Virus record (IMG/VR): IMGVR_UViG_3300021431_000075
Coordinates: 320,001-384,000 of that record
DNA length: 64,000 nt
Origin: a virus
Taxonomy: Duplodnaviria; Caudoviricetes
Direction: 5' to 3' (one strand)
Positions 49,849 to 59,195 of the stretch are shown here, in pieces; positions within the stretch are counted from its first letter, which is position 1, and every line of letters starts with the position of its first letter. The notes under the pieces are model-generated. The model had not been told where the DNA came from, did no database searches, and saw only the letters and a list, made by a program, of their open reading frames with translations. The position numbers and the translations under genes are program-made.

Positions 49849-50600
49849 TGTTTTGGAGCAGTGTCGGATTGGATGTAGACAGAAGTGTCATATTGTATCT
49901 GGATTCATCAAACAAGTCCAGTAGAGAGATTCATTCTGTCGTGAAGTCGAACGAGAATCATAAGACTACATATTCGGAAGTTGTCAGGCATTTGTTTTCA
50001 TTTGACAAGAAACTGATGTCGTCTGTCCGTGAAATATACATAGAGTCCGTTTCTGGCGATTCTATTGAGAGTCACTATTCATTCTGTCGGGATGTTGCAA
50101 ATCATTATGACATTATATGTTCTTTCATAGTTAAGAATTTCAAGATATGCATTAGCAAGAATACGCCGGATGACTGGTATGACATTTGCATAGACGATTG
50201 TTATGCTGATGCAGCAAAGAAGCCGGATGAGTTTCTGACATTCGGTCCGGACTATGTTGAGATTTCAGACGAGGATTTGAAAGAGCGCGCTTGGTCATGC
50301 AGGCAACTGATTGATTATACGGAAAGTCTGATAACTATTGAAATCACTACAGTTGATGATAAGAGGGACGAGTATGTCTGGCGCAGTCATTTCAAGAAGT
50401 ATGATGATTTTTACAAGTGGTCTCTTTTCCGGTATGGTCTTATATTCAAGTACACGAGACGGTTGACTCATTATGTCAAGCTGATGACAGAACGGGGATT
50501 GAGTCTATCAAAGGAAGATATTGAGAGATATATGGAGTTTGACGCAGACTATATCAAGAACATGGAAGATGAATTGAGACTTTCTTTGACACAGGATTGA
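49848..50600 (+). CDS. hypothetical protein
   Basis: TGATG-coupled ORF. Confidence 0.75.
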   Translation: MFWSSVGLDVDRSVILYLDSSNKSSREIHSVVKSNENHKTTYSEVVRHLFSFDKKLMSSVREIYIESVSGDSIESHYSFCRDVANHYDIICSFIVKNFKICISKNTPDDWYDICIDDCYADAAKKPDEFLTFGPDYVEISDEDLKERAWSCRQLIDYTESLITIEITTVDDKRDEYVWRSHFKKYDDFYKWSLFRYGLIFKYTRRLTHYVKLMTERGLSLSKEDIERYMEFDADYIKNMEDELRLSLTQD

Positions 50601-50645
50601 GATTGCGATTTTTTTCGGAACGAATTTTTTCGTAGTTTTCAAATT

Positions 50646-50692
50646 AAAAGAGAGAAACGCTGGTTTATAATGACTTGCGTTCCTCTCTTTTT
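50646..50692. terminator. bidirectional terminator
   Basis: aaaagagag..acgc/gcgt..ctctctttt. Confidence 0.7.
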
Positions 50693-50693
50693 C

Positions 50694-50969
50694 TTATTTC
50701 TTGCTGTTCCAAGGGACTATCAGAGGTCTTGGTGACATGTCGTATCCTGAATTGTCCTGTGTCTTTCTGATCTTTTTTGCCGTTTTTGAACCGGCTTGTT
50801 TCTTTGAAGCCATGTTTAACGGAAAGTTGTCATATCTGTCAGGTCCGCCGAGATTTCCAAGGTCTCCGCCAAAACCGCCAATTGTTGGGTCGCCCATTCC
50901 GCAAATGTTGCAAGGGTTGCTATAGCATGGTCCGCCAGCGCCGCCCATTGATCCTGCACAGTCGCACAT
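50694..50969 (-). CDS. small Gly/Cys-rich late protein
   Basis: co-oriented downstream of tail-tube-like gene. Confidence 0.65.
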   Translation of the reverse strand: MCDCAGSMGGAGGPCYSNPCNICGMGDPTIGGFGGDLGNLGGPDRYDNFPLNMASKKQAGSKTAKKIRKTQDNSGYDMSPRPLIVPWNSKK

Positions 50970-50988
50970 ATTTGTCTGTTTTGTATTT

Positions 50989-51807
50989 TTATTTTTTCTT
51001 GATTGTTGTTGTAAGAATGTCCGGGTTGATATGCATCCGTTTGTTTAGAACGTTTGTGTTCTTGTCATAAGGATCATAGTTCGTTCCGATGTATGCCGGT
51101 TGCTCTTTCTGTTCCTGTTCCGCTTTCATTTGCTGGATTCTTGAAGACAACGGCTTGTGTCTCATATTCTTGTACTTTTCTGACGCGCCGTCAAGATGCT
51201 CTTGCGGAAAGTCCATCTGTGGCTGGAAGTCCGAAGCGATGAGTTCCCGCTTTCCGTTTGCATTCACAAGATACACGTCATAGTAGTTGTATGTGAATGA
51301 CATCGAGAACGTGTTGAAATTTCCGACAGTCTGGTTGTACTGGAGATTCAGGTCGCTGATTGACGACGGTGTGAGTTCCTTGTACACATACTCCATCATG
51401 GCAAATCCGCCGTCGTTCAGAAGGCATATTTTTATCGGGTTCATATACAGGTACTTCGCCGTTTCTCCGAGTGCAAGGAATCTCCTGTACTGGTCCCTCA
51501 TGACGAAGTATGATATGTATGATTCTGTTGTTTTGATTGTCAGGTTCAATTGCTTTGAAACAATCTGGTCGAATGCCTTCCCTATTCTTTTCTGCACGTT
51601 ATATAGCTGGATGTCTTGTGCCGGGTTTGACGCGCTGAGACCCGGAAAGTTCACGGAAGAAATCTGCGAGTTGATGAAGTCTTCGACCGTGTTGTATGGA
51701 AGAAACATCCTGTGTAGCACGCTGAGCCATGTGTCCACCACTTCCGGATAGAACCAGTTCAGGTCTGTTGTTATGACAAAGTTTTGTTGCAGGTTGTTAA
51801 GAAGCAT
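50989..51807 (-). CDS. T4 gp19/gp54-like tail tube-fold protein
   Basis: SVNFPG..LNLTIK..PSSISDLNLQY..TFSMSFTY; late motif 51844-51850. Confidence 0.7.
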   Translation of the reverse strand: MLLNNLQQNFVITTDLNWFYPEVVDTWLSVLHRMFLPYNTVEDFINSQISSVNFPGLSASNPAQDIQLYNVQKRIGKAFDQIVSKQLNLTIKTTESYISYFVMRDQYRRFLALGETAKYLYMNPIKICLLNDGGFAMMEYVYKELTPSSISDLNLQYNQTVGNFNTFSMSFTYNYYDVYLVNANGKRELIASDFQPQMDFPQEHLDGASEKYKNMRHKPLSSRIQQMKAEQEQKEQPAYIGTNYDPYDKNTNVLNKRMHINPDILTTTIKKK

Positions 51808-52101
51808 AATGTTGTTTTCCGGTACCGGACTTCGGCTTTTTTATATTTATTTTTTGCTGAATCTATTTTGGAAAGATAAATATCTTATAATATAAAAAGC
51901 AAATCGTATGGATGAAATAATCATCTTCATTTGCTGGTAAATGATGAAATTGGCTTGGGTTGATAGAAGAAAATTGAAATTAAATTCAGTTGTCGTTCTT
52001 ATGAAGCCGTTTAGGTAACAAACGAAAACAATTTGTTGAAATGATTCGACAAGCCATTTTAAGATAAATACAATACACAAACGGTTAATTCGATTTTAAT
52101 C

Positions 52102-53133
52102 ATGATAAGTTTCTGCTATACTGAAGATGGTAATTATTCGGTTCAAAATATACCTGATGTCTCTCAAAGTATAATTTTCGACAAGTCTAAGCAATTAGTT
52201 CGGTTATTTAATTCAGAAAACTTCTATTTTTCCGTTTTATCGGATGTATTCCAAAGCAATTTGAACGCTCCGCATACAGGTTTCTCGCAGACCGGTGCGT
52301 ACAATATGTTCACTTTTCTGAATTCGTCAATCGATGCAAGAAGACAAGCGCTGGAATCTTCAATCGGAAGCATCAACAGCAGTATAGCAGTAATCAATTC
52401 ATCGGTTAACCATATAGAGGAGACGTATGTCGAGGTTGCTCAACATGACAGCGATTCTTATGATTTGGCTTTTTCTGACGAGGTTGGCTATGTTCTTGTC
52501 AAGTTCTACGGTGGTCATGTTGCTACGAAGAATTTTGATAGTTCTGTGATTGTTGACTATGTCGATCAACTTCAGGTTGATGTGCAGGCTCTGGATAGCA
52601 GCGTGCAGTATCTGGACGGCAGTGTTCAAGAGATAGCAGACACGATAAGCGATTATGTTGATTTGCGTCAACAAGTTTATACGAACCGTGACAATATAGA
52701 AGTTCTGCATCAGCAGGTTTATGACATTAGTGCTTGGCTTGTTGAAGACGAGCTTATATGGAGTAATGTTTACATACACTTCAATAGTAGTATTCTTATG
52801 GCAAACGCGTCAATCAACAGGCTTGAGACGATGATGGGCGACGGTCTGAGGACTCCGATTGTGAACCAGACTTCAAATACGGTAGAGATTGCGCCTAACG
52901 TGCTGAACTTGTGGTCAACGTCCACGAACGCGCTTACCGTTACGTTTGCTGCTCCGGATGATCCTACGGTTGTTAATGAGTATATGATTGAGTTTACGAG
53001 CAATACAAGCGCATTCTCTTTGAGTTTGCCGAATGGAATCAAGTGGGCTAATTATCCGCCGCAAATTGATTCTCTTGCTACTTATCAGATAAGCGTAATC
53101 AACAATCTGGGTGTCTGTGTCAAGTATTCTTGA
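52102..53133 (+). CDS. tail fibre-like protein (coiled coil plus C-terminal beta domain)
   Basis: xSS[IV] heptads; PNVL..VNEYMIEF..LPNGIKW..TYQISVINNLG; late motif 52064-52070. Confidence 0.7.
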   Translation: MISFCYTEDGNYSVQNIPDVSQSIIFDKSKQLVRLFNSENFYFSVLSDVFQSNLNAPHTGFSQTGAYNMFTFLNSSIDARRQALESSIGSINSSIAVINSSVNHIEETYVEVAQHDSDSYDLAFSDEVGYVLVKFYGGHVATKNFDSSVIVDYVDQLQVDVQALDSSVQYLDGSVQEIADTISDYVDLRQQVYTNRDNIEVLHQQVYDISAWLVEDELIWSNVYIHFNSSILMANASINRLETMMGDGLRTPIVNQTSNTVEIAPNVLNLWSTSTNALTVTFAAPDDPTVVNEYMIEFTSNTSAFSLSLPNGIKWANYPPQIDSLATYQISVINNLGVCVKYS

Positions 53134-53195
53134 TTGCATCAAAATATGGAAATCTAACAAGAGAGAAACTTTTTTAAGTTTTTCTCTTTGTTTTT

Positions 53196-53223
53196 TAAAC
53201 TTTTTGTCTTTTTCTTGTATACT
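53196..53223 (+). promoter_or_regulatory. putative phage middle promoter
   Basis: TAAACT-N16-TATACT. Confidence 0.6.
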
Positions 53224-53239
53224 ATTCGGAAACTATTTC

Positions 53240-53998
53240 ATGATTCATAAAAATGACTGCAAAATGATAAATGAGAACATTCGGATAGATGAAGGTTACA
53301 ATCAGCGTGAAGTTGTTGCATACCGCTTTTCCAAGATATTCGATGAGCCGTTTACAAACGAGGCATTGAACGAGTACAGCAAGGGAGAGTGGACGTCCAG
53401 TCTTGCAAGTGGCGCAGATGATATGAACCATACAGACTTGATTATCAAGAATAAGAATGGCATATACAGGTGTGACTGCAAGACAAGGTCAGATGGCTAT
53501 TGTCCAAACAATAAGATAACCGAGCCTTCTGTTCTGACTATCGGTGAATATGCTTATAACTCCAGAATAACAGATTTCATATCGTTCTTCGGTTTGGATG
53601 GAAACCTTTATATGTGCAGTCTGAGCAACATCAGAAGTATGGAGCCATATGAAGTTAAGCAATCAAAGGGCTTTAATAACCATATGCAGAATCTGTACAT
53701 ATTCAGGGTGTTCGATATAATGAATGATTCAAGTGTAATCAAGATAGAAGTTTCCGAAGAATTCAAGAAGTATTATAACAATGGATATGAACTATATAAC
53801 AAGTATAGGAGAGAGATTCGCAGAATGACAAGACTCAATGACTATTATATGATTCCGGGTATTGTTGAGACGTTCGAGAGAGAACTTCGTGAAATTATAC
53901 ATTCGTATAATTCTTCTTTAGAAAAAGATAAAGGTTCAAGTGTTGTTATGGATGACAACTTGAACGAGGTTTGTAATATTCTTAGTTCTTTAGTCTAA
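53240..53998 (+). CDS. putative PD-(D/E)xK nuclease
   Basis: E..DD...TDLII......DCK; start moved downstream of promoter (53240 or 53264). Confidence 0.5.
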   Translation: MIHKNDCKMINENIRIDEGYNQREVVAYRFSKIFDEPFTNEALNEYSKGEWTSSLASGADDMNHTDLIIKNKNGIYRCDCKTRSDGYCPNNKITEPSVLTIGEYAYNSRITDFISFFGLDGNLYMCSLSNIRSMEPYEVKQSKGFNNHMQNLYIFRVFDIMNDSSVIKIEVSEEFKKYYNNGYELYNKYRREIRRMTRLNDYYMIPGIVETFERELREIIHSYNSSLEKDKGSSVVMDDNLNEVCNILSSLV

Positions 53999-54005
53999 TA
54001 GTTTG

Positions 54006-55559
54006 ATGTTTAGGGTTTTTACAGCATTCAGTGGATATGATTCCCAGTGTCTTGCGCTTAAGAGATTGCAGGAACGGTTTCCGGACTTCAAGTTTGAGCT
54101 TGTCGGGTGGTCTGAAATTGAGAAGTCTGCGATAGAGGCGCATAACATCTTGTTTCCGGAATACAAGGATAAGAACTATGGAGACATTTCAAAGATAGAC
54201 TGGAATGACGTTCCGAACTTTGACATGTTGACCTATAGTTCTCCGTGCTTTGTTGCAGGGACTAAGGTGGTGACAAGCGCAGGTCTTAAGAACATAGAAG
54301 ATGTGATAGAAGATGACTATGTTGCTACTCATACCGGTCAGTATAGAAAAGTGCTGAAATGTATGGAGCATGAGCATATCGGTTCATTGTATAGGGTTGA
54401 ACTGGAAAGTGGCAACAGTGTCATTTGTACTCCGAATCATCCATTCTATTGTGTTTCAAAGAATGACAAGAAGAATGCTATTTGGGTTGAGGCACAGAAT
54501 CTTTCCGTTGATGAGCATCTATGTAAGCTTGTTGTTGATTTTAATACAGATGGGATGACTCCTGTATTTGACAACAAGATTATAAAAGATATAGAAGTGT
54601 ATGATAATCAGAGAGATATAGTTTACAATTTGCAAGTTGATGAATATGAGTCATACATTGCAAACGGAATCTGTGTTCATAATTGCACAGACTTTTCAAT
54701 AGCAGGTCATCAGGCTGGCGGAGAAGAAGGTTCTGGGACACGTTCATCCCTGTTGTGGGAGTGCGAGAATGCAATATCTATAAAGAGACCGAAGTATTTG
54801 ATTCTTGAGAATGTGACAGCTCTTGTGAACAGGAAGAACAAGGATGTGTTCTTTAAGTGGATTTCACGAATCTCGAAGTATGGTTATGTGTCATTCTGGA
54901 AGATATTGAATGCAAGTTGGTACGGGATACCTCAGAATAGGGATCGCTTGTTTCTGGTTTCCGTGCTGAAAGAGAATCCGGAAGATATTGTGAGTTATAA
55001 TTTCCCCAATCCGTTCATTAGAGGATGTTCGATAAGTGATTTTTTGAGCAAGGAAGTTGATAAGTCATACTATATTGATTCAGAAGCGGTTAATAAGTGG
55101 ATTGTTGAGAATGAAAATAAAATAAAGGCTTGTATTTCAGAAAAGAATCATATAGATATAAATAGTATTGTCATGGATGATTCTTGCATATATGAGTTTG
55201 ATACAGATACAGAAGAAAAACGCGATAACGATATATCAATGGAAGATAAAGATAACTGCTTGTTTGGCGAGCAGGAACAAGATTGTTGTCTTGTGAAAGA
55301 TCCCAAGCAGGCGACTAAGGACAAGAAGCAGAAGCGTGAACGGAAGAAGAAGATTCGGAATGATGTTAGTAAGTATGAGGGATGCCATATCGTAGATAGA
55401 ATTCCGACTCCGACATGTACAGGAAATGTGGCTCCTACTTTGATGGCGTCAAGTTATGAAGCCGCTGATTATAAGAATTTTTATAGTGTTGGTCATTTTC
55501 CGAAGCTCGGCATTCTTGAGGTTTGGGAACGAGACGGTGTCGAAAAGAAAAATAATTAA
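54006..55559 (+). CDS. dcm: C5 DNA methyltransferase, large subunit (motifs I-VIII), intein-containing
   Basis: AFSGYDSQ, SSP-[intein]-CTDFS, ENV, QNRDR; motifs IX-X absent. Confidence 0.9.
   Translation: MFRVFTAFSGYDSQCLALKRLQERFPDFKFELVGWSEIEKSAIEAHNILFPEYKDKNYGDISKIDWNDVPNFDMLTYSSPCFVAGTKVVTSAGLKNIEDVIEDDYVATHTGQYRKVLKCMEHEHIGSLYRVELESGNSVICTPNHPFYCVSKNDKKNAIWVEAQNLSVDEHLCKLVVDFNTDGMTPVFDNKIIKDIEVYDNQRDIVYNLQVDEYESYIANGICVHNCTDFSIAGHQAGGEEGSGTRSSLLWECENAISIKRPKYLILENVTALVNRKNKDVFFKWISRISKYGYVSFWKILNASWYGIPQNRDRLFLVSVLKENPEDIVSYNFPNPFIRGCSISDFLSKEVDKSYYIDSEAVNKWIVENENKIKACISEKNHIDINSIVMDDSCIYEFDTDTEEKRDNDISMEDKDNCLFGEQEQDCCLVKDPKQATKDKKQKRERKKKIRNDVSKYEGCHIVDRIPTPTCTGNVAPTLMASSYEAADYKNFYSVGHFPKLGILEVWERDGVEKKNN
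54246..54683 (+). mobile_element. mini-intein (146 aa, no endonuclease)
   Basis: CFVAGT..TPNHPF..VYNLQV..ANGICVHN/C; absent from paralog 55931-56992 (SSPCTDFS). Confidence 0.95.
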
Positions 55560-55573
55560 TCAAGATATTAAAT

Positions 55574-55927
55574 ATGCAGACAGAAAGACAAGCATATAAC
55601 AAGAATAAGAACAAGATTATAGAGACTGTTACGAATTTGAAAGAAAACCAGTTTCTTAGGATTCGCAAGTGTTGTCCGAGAGAGTCGTTGCGCTTGATGG
55701 GTATATCTGAAAGTCATATTGACAGGATGCTCAATCCGAGAGGTTATCTGGAATCGCAGGGTTATTCGGAAGAAGAAATCGACAAGATGCTGATTAAGGA
55801 AACCGGCGAAGAGAATATATATAAACAGGCCGGCAACTCTATAGTCGTTGATGTGTTATATCATTTGTTCAGAAAGATGTTCATAGAACCGGGTGTGGAA
55901 GTTGGTCAAGATGAGCAGTTGTTTTGA
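55574..55927 (+). CDS. C5 DNA methyltransferase, small subunit (motifs IX-X)
   Basis: RKCCPRESLRLMG..YKQAGNSIVVDVL. Confidence 0.9.
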   Translation: MQTERQAYNKNKNKIIETVTNLKENQFLRIRKCCPRESLRLMGISESHIDRMLNPRGYLESQGYSEEEIDKMLIKETGEENIYKQAGNSIVVDVLYHLFRKMFIEPGVEVGQDEQLF

Positions 55928-55930
55928 AAA

Positions 55931-56992
55931 ATGAAGATAAGAGTTTTTACAGCATTCAGCGGATATGATTCCCAGTGTTTGGGTTTGAACAGACTTAAGG
56001 ATTACTCATCGGATTTCGACTATGAACTTGTCGGATGGAGCGAGATAGACAAAGGAGCCATTGGCGCTCACAATGCTTTGTTCCCTGAAGCGTCCGACAA
56101 GAACTATGGAGACATATCGAAAGTGGACTGGTCGAATGTACCTGATTTTGATTTGTTTACATATTCAAGTCCATGTACAGATTTTTCAGCAGCCGGACTT
56201 CAGAAAGGCGGCGAGGAAGGTTCCGGGACACGATCTTCATTGTTGTGGGAATGCAGGAGAACTATCGAGAGCAAGAAACCAAAGTTTCTTCTTTTTGAGA
56301 ATGTCATCGCGTTGCTCAGCAACAAGTTTATCAAGTTGTTTGAGAAGTGGATTTCTCTTGTTAATTCCATGGGTTATAAGAGTTATTACTCTGTTTTGAA
56401 TTCAAGGGACTACGGTGTTCCTCAGAACAGACCGAGACTTTTTCTTGTTTCAATAAGGAATGATGTCGGAATCAACTATTCGTTTCCGAGTCCGATAAAT
56501 GACAGACCGCATCTTTATGACATTCTGGAACATGATGATGAGGTGGATCCGAAGTTGTTTCGGAGCGAGCAGAGAATAGATAAGATGATGACGTTGCATC
56601 CGGTTCAGATGGCTGCCCTGGTTAACGAGAAGAACATTGTTCCCGGAAAATATGAAGTGTTGCCATGTGGTCTATATTGTCATTCTTCAGATGCTTTTTC
56701 AAGTCCGCCGATTCGTGACATGTCAAGATGTCTTAAGGCGATGAGTCACGAGTCCGGTATCATATATAAGAAAGACGGAAAGTGGTACGAGCGTCTGTTC
56801 AGTCATAGGGAGTGTTTCCGCTTGATGGGTTTGACTGATGAAGAGTTTGATAAGATAAGTTCTTGTGTCAAGAGTACCGATTTGTACCAGTGTGCTGGAA
56901 ATTCTATTGTCGTCGATGTCCTTTTCCACATTTTCAGGAAGATGTTTGTCGATATAGAACCGGATATAAACACTCAATATGTTTTATTTTAA
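55931..56992 (+). CDS. dcm: DNA (cytosine-5)-methyltransferase, intact paralog
   Basis: AFSGYDSQ, SPCTDFS, ENV, QNRPR, RECFRLMG, AGNSIVV. Confidence 0.95.
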   Translation: MKIRVFTAFSGYDSQCLGLNRLKDYSSDFDYELVGWSEIDKGAIGAHNALFPEASDKNYGDISKVDWSNVPDFDLFTYSSPCTDFSAAGLQKGGEEGSGTRSSLLWECRRTIESKKPKFLLFENVIALLSNKFIKLFEKWISLVNSMGYKSYYSVLNSRDYGVPQNRPRLFLVSIRNDVGINYSFPSPINDRPHLYDILEHDDEVDPKLFRSEQRIDKMMTLHPVQMAALVNEKNIVPGKYEVLPCGLYCHSSDAFSSPPIRDMSRCLKAMSHESGIIYKKDGKWYERLFSHRECFRLMGLTDEEFDKISSCVKSTDLYQCAGNSIVVDVLFHIFRKMFVDIEPDINTQYVLF

Positions 56993-57018
56993 ACTAATTG
57001 AACATTTTGTTGTATACT
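56990..57018 (+). promoter_or_regulatory. putative phage middle promoter
   Basis: TAAACT-N17-TATACT. Confidence 0.75.
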
Positions 57019-57073
57019 TTTTCGAGATAAGATAAAGAATTTTTTTATTCACCTATTTTAATAAAGTTTTCTA

Positions 57074-57916
57074 ATGAAAATCGTTTTTAAGAGTACCGGA
57101 GACAATGCCGGTTTAGAGAATTGGCTTAAGACTTTCAAGGAAATTGACGAGTCTTTGTTGATTGAAGTCGATGCTGAGAACAAGTGCTTTGTTACCAAGG
57201 CATATACTTCCGAGAGGACTATCGTTAAGTATGGTTCTTTGGCGTTTGAGAATGCTAATTATGAAGTTGAGTCTTCTGATGAGTTCAATGGACGTGTTTA
57301 TGTTGGCATATTCCGCTATCTTGACAAATTCATCAAGGTTGTGAATCTTTTTACAAAAGACGAACATACATTGACTATTGAATTCGATGACAACGGCAAG
57401 GGGCAGTTGGTTGCAAGCAGCATTACATTCAAGAGCGATACGCTTCAGATGGTTCTTCCGGGTTCCATTATGGACGAGTTCGTTATTTTTACCGACGAAC
57501 AGTTCAAGAACAAAATCGCTACAATCGACGATCCTATGGTGTTCAATGTTAGTAACGAGAATGTCAAGAAACTTCTTGACTCGTCCTCTATTATGTCTTC
57601 TGATGCAAAAAAGGATGTTCTTGCATTTGATGTTGTTCTTGAGAATGATGAGTTTGTTCTTGTTGCAAGTGACAATAATAACAAGTCATTCTTCTTTAAA
57701 CTTGGAACTTTGTCGGAAGATGCGAATGTTAGCAAGGACATTGACATAAAGAATGCATATAGCGCGGTTATTCGTAACAATTTCATTTTAGCGACAAAGA
57801 ACGACACAGACGACTTGAAGTTGTATATCTCAAGAACAGGCGTTTCCAACAAGATTAGAATCGACGCCGGTGAATCTTTCAGTACAATCATTTCCAAAGT
57901 TCGTATCAATCGCTGA
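57074..57916 (+). CDS. putative DNA polymerase sliding clamp (gp45/PCNA-like)
   Basis: 280 aa acidic protein with a two-domain clamp-like alpha/beta pattern; no diagnostic motif. Confidence 0.5.
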   Translation: MKIVFKSTGDNAGLENWLKTFKEIDESLLIEVDAENKCFVTKAYTSERTIVKYGSLAFENANYEVESSDEFNGRVYVGIFRYLDKFIKVVNLFTKDEHTLTIEFDDNGKGQLVASSITFKSDTLQMVLPGSIMDEFVIFTDEQFKNKIATIDDPMVFNVSNENVKKLLDSSSIMSSDAKKDVLAFDVVLENDEFVLVASDNNNKSFFFKLGTLSEDANVSKDIDIKNAYSAVIRNNFILATKNDTDDLKLYISRTGVSNKIRIDAGESFSTIISKVRINR

Positions 57917-57924
57917 TATGATGA

Positions 57925-58039
57925 CTGTAGTAGGTTGTTAGGTTCAGCCGATTTTATGCTTGATAGACTTGCTATCGAGAAAACATGTTCGGTTCGCCGA
58001 ATCTGTTAGACTTAAATCTAAAATCAGATTTTTCTATAG
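57925..58039 (+). promoter_or_regulatory. structured mRNA leader of the S1-domain gene
   Basis: four hairpins, one with a UUCG loop, closed by ctgtag/ctatag. Confidence 0.5.
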
Positions 58040-59191
58040 ATGATTAGATGTGAGAAATACGCTCATTTGGGCGATGTTGGAAGTTCGGATTTCAATTGGG
58101 ATGAATACGAATCTGGTTGGAACGGAATTTCATTGAAGAAAAATAAGAAGATCAAGACTTCTGGTGGCGACAAGTGTTACAGCCATGCTGTATATGCTCA
58201 GTCATTGTATGACAAGTACACAGGAAGCCATACGGAGGTTGTCAAGGATTTGAAGCGCGGTTCTACTGTTGCTATCCAAGACTTCCGAGTTGTTGATGAC
58301 AATACGATTATGGCTACTGTTTGCGGCGGTGCGACGAATGTTATCATTGACTTGAACAAAGAAGGCAAGTTCTTCAATCAGTTGACTTATAATAACCAGC
58401 CGTTAACAAAGAGTATTTTCGTTGAAGGTACAAGGACAAGTCCTGAATTCAAGGATAGTTTGCTTTCTATGAACCTTTATGTCAAAGTCGGTTCCGACAC
58501 GGAAAAGGGTTCTATTTGGGACGGTTCTGTAGAGAGGCTTGCACAAGAGCTTAAAGAGCAAATCAAGTTGAACGAGAAGGCGTACTATGCTACGATTCTT
58601 TCTACGAATGGTGGCGGTTTCAATGTCGAGATTATGGGTATGATTAACGCGTTCATGCTTGGTTCCCAGGCTGCATCGAACAGGATTACAGACTATGAAT
58701 CGATGGTCGGAAAGACTCTTGAGGTCATGGTTGATTCTTGGAATCCTAAGAACGGTTTTACAGTAAGCCGCAAGAAGTATCTCAACAAGATACGTCCGCA
58801 TATGCTGAAGCCGTTTGAGCAGACTCTTGCTGATGCTCCTGAAACTACTTATGTTGGAAAGATAACCGGCGCGAGCCAATACGGTGTGTTCGTCGAACTC
58901 AACGAGTTCATTACTGGTATGTTGCACAAGACTCTTGTCAGTGACGAGTTGCGTGACATGATGAGAAAGAATGAAGTTGTTGCAGGCGAGGAAATCACAG
59001 TTTATGTTCACAAGATTGAGAACGGACGTGTCATTCTGTCTGATGTTCCTCTTGCTGAACGCGAGGTTGTCATCAAGAAGCGTGAAGCGGAAGACGAGGC
59101 AGAGAAGAGCGAGCATATCGCGCAGATGAAGAGTGCGAATGCGGATTATCGCGGCGGCAATAATAAGTTCAACAAACGTTCTGGAAATTAG
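58040..59191 (+). CDS. ribosomal protein bS1-like S1 RNA-binding domain protein
   Basis: GGFNVEI..AFM.GSQ..VSRK; GKITGASQYGVFVEL..GMLH. Confidence 0.85.
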   Translation: MIRCEKYAHLGDVGSSDFNWDEYESGWNGISLKKNKKIKTSGGDKCYSHAVYAQSLYDKYTGSHTEVVKDLKRGSTVAIQDFRVVDDNTIMATVCGGATNVIIDLNKEGKFFNQLTYNNQPLTKSIFVEGTRTSPEFKDSLLSMNLYVKVGSDTEKGSIWDGSVERLAQELKEQIKLNEKAYYATILSTNGGGFNVEIMGMINAFMLGSQAASNRITDYESMVGKTLEVMVDSWNPKNGFTVSRKKYLNKIRPHMLKPFEQTLADAPETTYVGKITGASQYGVFVELNEFITGMLHKTLVSDELRDMMRKNEVVAGEEITVYVHKIENGRVILSDVPLAEREVVIKKREAEDEAEKSEHIAQMKSANADYRGGNNKFNKRSGN

Positions 59192-59195
59192 GCAT

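Noticed and set aside
51908-52020. Two tiny ORFs after the late motif at 51876
   Set aside because: They are 10 and 25 codons long with no supporting features.
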